Source: Phoronis australis (taxonomy: Eukaryota > Animalia > Phoronida). From it: a stretch of 64,000 bases of DNA. Shown here in pieces: positions 28,601 through 36,715 of the stretch. Made by a program: the position numbers and the translations under genes. The DNA lies in NCBI GenBank assembly GCA_002633005.1, contig NMRA01000187.1, positions 92,191 through 156,190 on the forward strand. The letters run 5' to 3'. Under the pieces are notes generated by a model, which made no database searches, had not been told where the DNA came from, and saw nothing but the letters and a program-made list of their open reading frames with translations. The stretch's first letter is position 1. Every line of letters begins with the position of its first letter.

Positions 28601-31600
28601 CCCCTCTCAATTTGCCACTTTTGTGTTCTGTCCAGTTAACTGAAATTGAGCTCTAAGACGAGGTTATGCTTTGGACAAAAGAATTTGGTGTTTTAATTTT
28701 AAAAATCAACTTGGTCAACATTGATATTTGAAAGATATAACACATGAAATAGACGTAATTATTAAAACCAAGAAAGCAGAATTGATGGTCAAATAAGTTT
28801 TATTTTCAATTGCGATCCTGGTTTTTTATCTTAATAAAAAGTATATATCTATTAACATCAATTATTCTTTCAGATCAATGACAAATCAACTGTTAGTCCC
28901 GGTAGTGCCTACCTCACCAGGATCTAGGCTATGCTTAAAGCTAATATTCTTGATCAACAAAATAAACCAGATGTGACTAATTGCACATGACAGCAAAATG
29001 ATATGAGCCACCACTGTCGAATATATCTTCAACTCGTCAACAATATGACCAGATGACCAGGTTCGTGTAGAAGGCATTTTTATCAAGAATTTATTAGAAT
29101 AAACATAACCCTGCATTCAGCATGATACCTAATCCATAACACTACTATCGCCGCAATTTGGTCATCTTTACTTTTCATGTTTCAAACCTAGCTTTCCGAA
29201 AAAACTTATACCCTTTGTCAGACACTTTTTTGGTGCATTGACTTGTTTTCTAACGTATTTTTCTACGACTCTGTGGTCGATTATTGACACATTTTTAATA
29301 TTTAATATCCAGCCTGAGGTTGGACTCCGTAGACTGGCCATTTAACTCACGCAACGTCAACTTCCGCTTTATTTATTGCTTTGAATATTAAGGTCCGCCT
29401 AATGAATTAGGTCTATATGTTGACGATAGTCGTCATACAGCTAGCTGGCTTTCTACCTCAGTATGTACATTATGGTGCAACTTTTGTAAATACATCTATA
29501 TTAATTTGTGTGCTATAGAGTATTTTAAATGCATTCTTAGTTTTCACTTTAAAGAATATCTGTACTTTGTGTAACAGCAGGGTCAAATGTTCTAGAAAGA
29601 AATTTGTAGCTGCAAGGGAAAGAATACCACAGCCGCACACCTTGCCTTGGGAAAGAATCCCACAGCCGCACACCTTGCCTTAGGAAAGAATCCCACAGCC
29701 GCACACCTTGCCTACTAAAATATGACAGTGACTGAAATTTTGCTTGAAGCTTTGCACACGGCCTGTCTCTTGCAATGAACACTAATGTTCACTGATCTTA
29801 AGAGTATCTACATGTATTAGGAGTATCTACATGTATTTCCCTCAGCATTTGCCACTAGATGCTACCCGTGCAAAACCATGGGTAATGGCTAGTATTGAAT
29901 ATAAAACACATCAGGTAATATTCAGAACCCATTGGAACAGTTTGACATGTTAATCAACAATTCTCTGTATTGTCCTTATTTTTGACAGGTCCTATTTATC
30001 TGACCACAGGTGGCAACACTACAAGACATAGGACAGTCGACTTTCCTACCCCGAGGTGCACAGCACACTACAAGACACAGGACAGTTGACTTCCGTACTC
30101 TGAGGTTCACAGCACACTACAAGACACAGAATAGTTGACTTCCCTACCCCGAGGTGCACAGCACACTACTAGCATCCATTGTGTCTTTCTTCTGATGTCA
30201 TAGAGAACATGAACAACCAAAAATCCACCAATGTGAGGAAATCAATAAACCTGAGCTACAAAAGTGACCTCTTGTGGTCAATATAATCAATTGGAGTATT
30301 TCAATCTCTGGCTTAATTCATTACAAGTTGCTTTACAACTCAACCCATGTGTCACAGGTTAGTTTACTAAGACACTGAACTTATCATACAGCGGTAAAGG
30401 TCAGTTACAAGAGCAACAAGGAGCGTTGAAATGCACCCACAATTGCACCGCAAATGGAGTGCATCTAGAGTAAGTTGTTTGTTTCATAAAATTAGCCATA
30501 AGAGGGCGAAAAAAATCCAATTCATCTGAAAATGGGTACATAGCATAGCTCTTTAATAGAAAGCTATTTAGAAAATTTCATAAAAATCTGTCAAGGAACT
30601 TAAGAGAAACAAAGGAAAGCAAAAATAATGAAATTACCACTTTGGGACACAGCCTTCATTGGATCCGCCTGAAAGATGTCGTCATCTGTTGTTAGCTTCA
30701 TATAAACACATTAAACTAAATTGATCCTGAAGTGAGTTTAGGAGATGCAGCTATGCGCACAAACCAAAACAAAACAAAACTACCACTAGGAGGCGCTGCA
30801 GTAGTCGAATAGGTTATTGTCAACCGTCCTCTTCAGACTGAGAACATATACCATATACCAATTTTCAAAGTCATCCTCAGAATGGTTTGGTTGATCGAAG
30901 GGTGGACACCAAAAAACAAGACTCGAAAACAAGAATAATGGCCACTAGGTGGTGCAAAAGTTCCTCGATTCCATCCAAAAGCGGGAGGATAGCACCATCT
31001 CACCAATAAATGCCTATATTCAAACTTTCTGATAATCCGTTGAGGACCTTAGAACTTCAAGATATAGAGGTAAGCCTAAAAAATGAAAATTGCCACTACG
31101 GGGCACACTGCTTGTCAGATCCATTCGAAAGTTGTTGTCATCCGTTGTTAACATCATATAAATACACTTCCTAAATTTAGCAAACTGTTTAGGAGATACA
31201 GCCATGAGCGCAAAAAAACAAAACTGCCACTAAGAGGCGCCACAGTAGTCAAAGTCATTAGTAAATCATTGTCAGCTTTGTCGTAGGAACATACACGCCA
31301 ATTTCCACAATCATCCTTAGTGCAGTTAGGTTGATAGAGAGGTGGACACCAAAAAACAGACGAAAATACAGTAAAAATGGCCACTAGGTGGTGCAAACTA
31401 TGTCAAATCCATCCGAAAATGGGAGGATAGCTTCATCTCATTAATAGGTAACTATATTTCAAATTTTATGAAAATACGTTGAGGACTTTTTAAGATACAG
31501 ACTCAGGTAAGCGTAAAAAACTAAAATTACCATTAGGGGGCATACTGGTAGTCGGATCCATCCGAAAGTTAGCTCATGCCGTCTCATCCATGAAATGACC

Positions 31601-32945
31601 AAATGTGCAAAATTTCATGAACATACAACCAAGCGTTTTGGAGATAGAGCAGCGGACGCTGGACGCCGGACGGACGGAGATGACAGCATAATGCGTACAC
31701 ATATAAATATGTGGGTGCATAAAAATGTTTGATACAAGTTGAAACAAGCAAATGTTCAGTATAGTCCCAATTTTAATTTTTAGTCTCGAGTCTTTGCCTC
31801 CGATGTCGCTTTTTCAATCATAAACGCATTTATAGCTTACGTAACATCTTCACTAGTCATACTCTCTACAGAGGAAAACACTTGAAAACAGTGAAAAATT
31901 TTTGGAATTGCAAAGTTAGAGGGGCCGAAATTCAATGAGTTTATTGTAACTCATTTTGCAGACGAGTGAGTTCAGTAAAAAACAAATGAGGTGAACCCGA
32001 CAGCAGATTAGCACTATGAAAAGAGCAAACTACAAAATCCACGTTTGAAAATGATTCCTTGATGAATTAAAACTATACTTAAGGTTTATATATAGGAAGT
32101 TATTGACAACATATTTTAACAGTCCGTGAATTTTAAGTATAGGTTTTGTAAAGTATTGAGCCTATATTTTTGACTTCATACCAATCTAAAATTAATTGGA
32201 CCATGTGTTTTCAGAAAAGTTTAGCAAAAAAGGTACATCATTCTATAGCAAGACAATAAAACAACAAAATTTTGATTTTGATATAATTGTACAAAAACAA
32301 TTCCAAACAGCTTTTGGATAACAGTACATAAAGTTTTGTGTCTGAAAGTATTAGATGAATCCGATATATTAACACTTCGCCATTCTAAAAGGGCTGACAA
32401 TCATTGATAGAATTTGGTTAATGTTTTCCGAAGGACCGATGTGATTATGAACACTGTGGGTGACACTACAATTTTCAAATTATACTTTTGAAAGTTTTTA
32501 AATATAAGCACAATAGCTCATGAAAAGCACTTTGCAGGATTTTTAAATTTTGAAAATCCGACAAGAAATGTAAATTTTACAACCTAAAACTGGAAAGTTA
32601 TTCCAAAACCAGTACTCTGATTCATTAATTCTGCTGGGCAAGCACTATAATGGGCCAATTACCATGGTCATGAAACAGCATTTGGGAATTGAGGAAAGCC
32701 AAGTGGCATTGTACACCTGTGGGTATGAGAAGACTGGTCTAGCATTCAGTCTAACTACAGTACTTCAGGAGGCATTGAAATGTACAAGGGAATACTTACA
32801 GAGACATGGCGGTGAGGGAATACTTACAGAGACATGGCGGTGAGGGAATACTTACAGAGACATGGCGGTGACGCTTGAGGTTGAATATTCTCTTCAATAC
32901 TGTGTTGACGAGAACATACTGAGCTAAGAGCATGATCACAAACAT
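1607..32945 (-). CDS. PLP-dependent aminotransferase class V / probable cysteine desulfurase-like protein, multi-exon, 3' incomplete (579 codons in window)
   Basis: Exons 32856-32945, 25807-25906, 25105-25135, 24333-24449, 23277-23475, 20676-20741, 19756-19897, 16853-16892, 16315-16447, 13020-13130, 12243-12289, 9970-10180, 7451-7518, 5363-5416, 3646-3757, 2669-2830, 1607-1660 join in frame with GT-AG sites. Motifs: YCDYVASG, YGNTHT, FTGSGATAAI, YEHHSN, SAASNVTG, WDYA, SPHKF (PLP lysine), EEGGTP, RGGCACAGPY, KPGFTRL. Confidence 0.92.
2669..2830 (-). CDS. desulfurase-like exon 16 (YTFDPHKGSWKH...KSFD)
   Basis: cctcag acceptor, gtaagt donor, 162 nt in frame. Confidence 0.85.
2928..3240. repeat. 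14-bp array (ATTTACCAACTACT) followed by a 44-bp unit x3
   Basis: direct reading. Confidence 0.9.
3646..3757 (-). CDS. desulfurase-like exon 15 (PGFTRLNIPYF...WKLLPQ)
   Basis: family motif PGFTRL, GT-AG, phase 2-0. Confidence 0.92.
4430..4860 (+). mobile_element. Penelope-like retroelement remnant, GIY-YIG endonuclease
   Basis: frame reads NSLRSQLVNVKDKTPKGNKSCVVYGVQC...SYIGETKRPIKMRLSQH...SAIFIH...RGVKEALH*RIESPSLN, with an internal stop. Confidence 0.88.
4944..5256. repeat. 44-bp minisatellite x7
   Basis: CATTGTGGTTACACAGCTGTCTCTGGTATATGAGTACACTGTCA. Confidence 0.95.
5363..5416 (-). CDS. desulfurase-like exon 14 (DGRSNGSQKIKKTLEIMK)
   Basis: ttttag acceptor, gtaagc donor, phase 2-2; completes EIMKPGF. 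Confidence 0.75.
5525..5745. repeat. 18-bp minisatellite (GAAGAGGCCTTGTTACAT)
   Basis: source of the spurious HEEALL ORF. Confidence 0.95.
6660..7440. repeat. degenerate about 38-bp minisatellite abutting the exon 13 donor
   Basis: GTCTATTCAACAGTGACTCGCGGTGAAGATGTTGTATA units. Confidence 0.85.
7451..7518 (-). CDS. desulfurase-like exon 13 (DLLGLAESMAQKYTQLLVEDTQ)
   Basis: continues GPYAE-DLLG, tttcag and gtaagt sites. Confidence 0.88.
9685..9993. repeat. 62-bp tandem repeat copying the exon 12 donor junction x5
   Basis: each unit contains GGACCATATGCAGAG|GTATTG on the minus strand. Confidence 0.95.
9970..10180 (-). CDS. desulfurase-like exon 12 (KALQVW...LHHNYV...RGGCACAGPYAE)
   Basis: contains the putative catalytic Cys loop; phase 2-0. 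Confidence 0.93.
10480..10832. repeat. about 35-bp minisatellite
   Basis: CCCAGACCTATGT...GTGTTAAACAATAGGCT. Confidence 0.95.
11492..11905. mobile_element. hAT-like MITE nested in the Penelope element
   Basis: TIRs CAGGGCTTGGAAT / ATTCCAAGCCCTG, GTTTCA on both flanks. Confidence 0.7.
11951..12003 (+). ncRNA. minimal type-I hammerhead ribozyme in the Penelope pLTR
   Basis: CUU-CUGAUGA-U-GGUGUU[loop]GACACU-GAAA-CAUG-UC-AAG; palindromic stem III (ACAUGU) as in PLE hammerheads; stem I is short. Confidence 0.65.
12243..12289 (-). CDS. desulfurase-like exon 11 (AVGTDMISKKEDELC)
   Basis: ctttag acceptor, gtatgt donor, phase 0-2. Confidence 0.85.
13020..13130 (-). CDS. desulfurase-like exon 10 (VTRDTHSYVKDIETREEGGTPAIIESIRAGLIFQLKE)
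   Basis: EEGGTP motif, GT-AG. Confidence 0.93.
14311..15535 (+). mobile_element. non-autonomous Helentron-type (HINE) element, copy 2
   Basis: ACAAGAGCAAC...GTTGAAATGCAC start, same internal subrepeats; 3' end approximate. Confidence 0.65.
15983..16176. repeat. 19-bp minisatellite (GGTTTACTTGGCCATCATA) x10
   Basis: direct reading. Confidence 0.95.
16315..16447 (-). CDS. desulfurase-like exon 9 (QKDAVFCSPHKFAGGPQTPG...GGGTVLY)
   Basis: PLP-binding SPHK motif, GT-AG. Confidence 0.93.
16853..16892 (-). CDS. desulfurase-like exon 8 (APYLEIDMNPSEHA)
   Basis: 40-nt exon, phase 1-2, fits both neighbours. Confidence 0.88.
16958..17107. repeat. 30-bp minisatellite x5
   Basis: GTTTTAGGCCAAAATACAAGTACCCGAACT. 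Confidence 0.95.
17331..19360. mobile_element. about 2-kb non-autonomous TIR DNA transposon
   Basis: TIR core AAATCACAATCAAGGTCCATATT / AATATGGACCTTGATTGTGATTT; about 10 internal GGGGTACGTACACTACA-type motifs. Confidence 0.7.
19756..19897 (-). CDS. desulfurase-like exon 7 (KHQGEGHFLIAAFSAASNVTG...WDYASA)
   Basis: SNVTG and DYA motifs, GT-AG. Confidence 0.93.
20009..20568. repeat. 62-bp minisatellite x9
   Basis: GGTGAGGTTGGCTGATACCTGAGTGTCCTTAATGCAATGATATGACACTATTTGATATTGAT. Confidence 0.95.
20676..20741 (-). CDS. desulfurase-like exon 6 (VVRIDQDEQGLINMRVLEDQLQ)
   Basis: ttacag acceptor, gtgagc donor, phase 0-0. Confidence 0.9.
23277..23475 (-). CDS. desulfurase-like exon 5 (AIIKQCVNA...YEHHSNILPWMETGAE)
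   Basis: class-V motifs, GT-AG. Confidence 0.94.
24333..24449 (-). CDS. desulfurase-like exon 4 (PLRFIEDYIQNYVYPFYGNTHT...ENAR)
   Basis: YGNTHT motif, phase 2-2. Confidence 0.93.
25105..25135 (-). CDS. desulfurase-like exon 3 (VYCDYVASGK), 31-nt micro-exon
   Basis: YxDY-ASG motif, tttcag and gtaagt sites. Confidence 0.9.
25279..25561. repeat. 27-bp minisatellite
   Basis: CAAGGGATCTGAGAAATGAATAAATAA. Confidence 0.95.
25807..25906 (-). CDS. desulfurase-like exon 2 (TLQEG...YIHDNIIG...GPFGPRR)
   Basis: IIG...GPFG family N-terminal motif, gtgagt donor. Confidence 0.88.
26519..26781. repeat. 24-bp minisatellite x11
   Basis: CACACTCATGTACAGTAGGCCTAG. Confidence 0.95.
27742..29414 (+). mobile_element. 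THAP-remnant TIR transposon (ISL2EU-like), copy A
   Basis: TIR AGACCTAATTCA / TGAATTAGGTCT; THAP-like CTPRCSN...FTIPKDAEIRKHWVLAIRR near 27800-27950. Confidence 0.75.
30407..31724 (+). mobile_element. non-autonomous Helentron-type (HINE) element, copy 3 (best preserved)
   Basis: 5' subterminal ATGCACCCACA is the inverse of 3' TGTGGGTGCAT; GGAC microsatellite, 3' hairpin, A-tail. Confidence 0.75.
32856..32945 (-). CDS. desulfurase-like putative first coding exon (MFVIMLLAQYVLVNTVLKRIFNLKRHRHVS)
   Basis: acceptor before 32963, ATG at 32945, gtaagt donor in phase 0 matching exon 2; no homology support, so inferred. Confidence 0.55.
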
Positions 32946-34480
32946 GACTGGTCCAATGTGAACCTGTAACAGACATCAATACACACTGTTGACCAGGGCA
33001 CACTGACTCAGGAGAGTGATCACAAACATGACTGGTCCAATGTGAACCTGTAACAAACATGAATACACAGTGTTGATCAGGGCATACTGACTCAGGAGAG
33101 TGATCACAAACATGACTGGTCCACTGTGAACCTGCAACAGACATAAATACACAATTCTGAGGCATTAGGTTCCTTAAAAATGTTGTTATCAACATGTTGA
33201 CAGAAGACCAAAGAGATTGGAGGAACAATATTTTTAAAATCTCTGTTCAAAGTAAAAAAAATGTTTTTTACTAAAACCGCATATTTTGTGAAAAATAAAG
33301 AGAAGTAAATGGGAATAATTAATTTTTTTACAGAATTTATTCACCTTTCAGAAAATATCATACTTTGTAGGGGTTAGAGCTAACAATTTGGAGTCAAGGG
33401 ACGCCGGTCCAATGACCCACATTACGTCGGGCCACCTGTTACTGAAGTCCGGCCAAAGTGATTTTGTCTCTCGGGTGAAAGCCATTCCATTCGGGTGACC
33501 GATGAACCGACATATGTCCAACAGAGGGCACTGCCAACTAACAACTGATGATGGTATGATCTGGGTCCCATTACTAATGTTGCGCCAATTCAATTCCAAC
33601 TGCTTACCGATGTCCCACCAACATGCATGTGACTGTTTACCAACATCTCGCCTGCTCCCACAGGCATGACACTGTCACGTGGTGACGAAAAATATTCAGT
33701 TGCATAATTACAGTATCCAAACAGAAAATTATGTTGACAGAATGCATCAACTCAGTAAAGGTATTCATGTGTTCTTTCTGCATTTTTATGCTATACCAAT
33801 ATCATAAATGAAAGGCAAATGATAAAACAAATCATAAAAATGAAACTAGTTGCACACAAAATATTTTTTAATATACAATGACTCATTAGAGCATTAAATA
33901 TACAAATTCGTAGCAAGCGCCATCTAAAGTGACTTCCAAAACTGTGTATTTGTACAATTACAGTCACATTCAATTCACGCATAAGCTGTGTTTTTCATCA
34001 AAACTTTGCAAACACTTGGACTGATCAAAACAAAGGTGATAACACAGATTTAGTTCATATCAAAGAGCTAATTGAAATTAAACTTTAAAAAATCAAAGAA
34101 ATTGACCAATGTTCAAATAGCAAAAGGTTTGTTTTCCAGTAAAAACCTTTCACTGTGAAACATGAAAGAAAACATGTGAGCCAATCAACACAATTTGCAC
34201 CACTAGAGTAAAGATGCCAAATTGCATATTCTTTCAAAGTGCTGATAAAGACTGTACCATCAGTGGGCACTGGGCGGACATAGCGGTCCCACTTTAAACC
34301 AGCATAACTGGGCACTCGTTGGACATAGCAGTCCCACTTTAAACCACCATAACTGGGCACTCGTCGCACATAGCGGTCCCACTTTAAACCACCATAACTG
34401 GGCACTCGTCCGCACTCGTCGGACATAGCGGTCCCACTTTAAACCACCATAACTGGGCACTCGTCCGCACTCGTCGGACA

Positions 34481-35081
34481 TAGCGGTCCCACTTTAAACC
34501 ACCATAACTTGTTTAATGTTCAACCAAGAATCATGATTTAAGGACTCCACGTGTTCACAAGACGTATAAATATAGATATAGATATTGATATTGATATAGA
34601 TATTGATCAGTGCTGTTGATTTTGCCATACCTACATCTAATTTTTAATTAATTGACTTAGAAGTTAGAGTTCTTTTGCCGACTTTGTCACCAGTCGGTTA
34701 CCAGTGCGGTGGCATCACAGGATTAGACACAGGAATACCTGACACCTATTGGCGATTGTGTGTATTCATTTACAGGGTTAGGAAACGATGCGTCACAATG
34801 TCAAGAGGTTTGGAAGGAAAATCCACATTAATCTCGTCGCTTTGTGTAGCGATACTGAACTGATTTATAATTGCGTGATTCAAAGTGTTTCGGGAACCAG
34901 GTGCAGGCTGGTGTCATTTGTCACGTTTCATTCAAGCGTGTAAAGTTAGAAACCGTGTTGGTGCAGTCACACCTTTGCTGTGGTGCCTGAAAGCAAAATG
35001 AATGAATGAATGAACACGTGGATATAAAATGATGATTCTTGGTTGAAAATTAAACTTATGGTTGTTTAAAGTGGGACCGCT
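34481..35081. mobile_element. MITE with about 75-bp imperfect TIRs
   Basis: TAGCGGTCCCACTTTAAAC...CACGTGTTCA versus TGAACACGTG...GTTTAAAGTGGGACCGCTA. Confidence 0.7.
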
Positions 35082-35488
35082 AGTGAACATAACAAATGCT
35101 TTACTACCTTTAGCTAGTGGTCAAATGTCGGCGGCAAGTAAATACATATGCCAGTTCACTGTTCACAGATTTAGTTGGATTTTTTATGTCCCACTATGCA
35201 AGATAATGATGGTGAAGGGTTAAATAAACCAGTGGCGGATCTAGGATATCACAAGGGGTGGGCCCAACATTTTGTCCGGCTGGAAGCATTTGCGCAAACT
35301 GAACCTCAGTTGTAGATGCGCATAACACTGAATGGGGGGAGGTCGGGAGGGAGGTTTGCCCCCCTCCCGCCCAGGAAATTTTTCTGTTTTTACCTCTAAA
35401 AATCAAGCATTTTCCTTGATTCCTGAAGTATTATCCAAGAAAAAAAAAGGCAAAAAAAAAAACCGGAGAAAGTGTCAAACAGGAAAAA

Positions 35489-35558
35489 AATGCAGGCATC
35501 AAAGACTCGAAGTCATGACCTGGCGGTTAGAGCGCACGTACGTTACCACTACACCACC
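35489..35558 (-). mobile_element. tRNA-derived SINE head / tRNA-like remnant
   Basis: minus strand GGTGGTGTAGTGGTAA (A box) ... GACTTCGAGTC (degenerate B box). Confidence 0.45.
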
Positions 35559-35989
35559 ACGATTTAACTACAACTGTCATACTAAAGGACTTACTTGTTT
35601 ATGGTCCACAGCGTTTGCGCGCGTAACCTACTTCTTTTTGTAATGCTTATTACACGTTTTATATTTTGTGCCATCAATTCTTAACAAATTTGTCGTATTT
35701 GAAATATAGTCTTCAAATGCCCAAAAGACCAAATCCATATTTCGTGTTGGCAATAATGACGGGATTGCTTTGGAAACCGTCTTAAGATAAGGTTTGACAA
35801 AGAGAGTATTGCGAGTTTCTGAGTGATTCACTAAGGCTTCGATTAAAATTCACATCTTACCAGCAGCTTCTGTTTTTTTATCGTCACTCAGGTTCCACTT
35901 TCTTTAAAAAATGAAGTAAATTTTCTTCATTGCACAGTGGAGCAGACGACGGAAACGGAGTCGTAGTGCACAGCGCCGCTGCCGGTCGC

Positions 35990-36147
35990 NNNNNNNNNNN
36001 NNNNNNNNNNNNNNNNNNNNNNNNNNNNNNNNNNNNNNNNNNNNNNNNNNNNNNNNNNNNNNNNNNNNNNNNNNNNNNNNNNNNNNNNNNNNNNNNNNNN
36101 NNNNNNNNNNNNNNNNNNNNNNNNNNNNNNNNNNNNNNNNNNNNNNN
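35990..36147. other. assembly gap (N run)
   Basis: 158 Ns next to G and C homopolymers. Confidence 0.99.
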
Positions 36148-36574
36148 GGGGGGGGGGGGGGCGCCCCCCCCCCCCAAATCCGCCAATGAATAAACTACCT
36201 AGCCTAAATGAATCATTTATAAATAATTTATTATCTTGGCCAGCTGGAATTCGACCACTCTCGTTACACTATGAATGATGGGCGAAGTTTGGGGAATGCA
36301 GGAAATAGCGTGTGTACTCACGGCGGTGATATAATCAGCGCCGGGTCTGTGTAAAGACAGGAGACAATTACACTGCAACGTGGAATACGAAACAGCACCA
36401 AATTTCTTTGAGATTTCCAAAACGACTCAGACGCCAAAATAGGAAGCGATCTAGTACCTCTGGTACAAAAGACTACGAACAAGCAACAACGCCTCTATTG
36501 GCGACAGCACGATTGCTATTTGGTGAATGGTCATGAATCGAAACTTTGTGCGCTAATCATCAACAGACACAACA

Positions 36575-36715
36575 GTAAGTAGGCGAGTAAGTAAGTAAGT
36601 AAGTGACTGAGTAAGTATGTAAGTAAGTTAGTAAGTGAGTAAGTACGTAAGTATGTAAGTACGCCAATAAGTAAGTAAGTATTGTAAGTAAGTAATAAGT
36701 AAGTAAGTCATAAGT
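36575..36715. repeat. (GTAA)n degenerate microsatellite
   Basis: direct reading. Confidence 0.9.

Noticed and set aside
30147-30256. Possible extra minus-strand exon beside the 50-bp repeats
   Set aside because: No stop-free phase 0-0 solution and no homology
35489-35558. Functional tRNA gene
   Set aside because: B box is degenerate and the acceptor stem does not pair; treated as SINE-like
35861-35989. Candidate non-coding first exon of the desulfurase-like gene (CTG|GTAAGA donor)
   Set aside because: Plausible, but it abuts an assembly gap and may lie inside a MITE spanning 35230-36186; unsupported without RNA data
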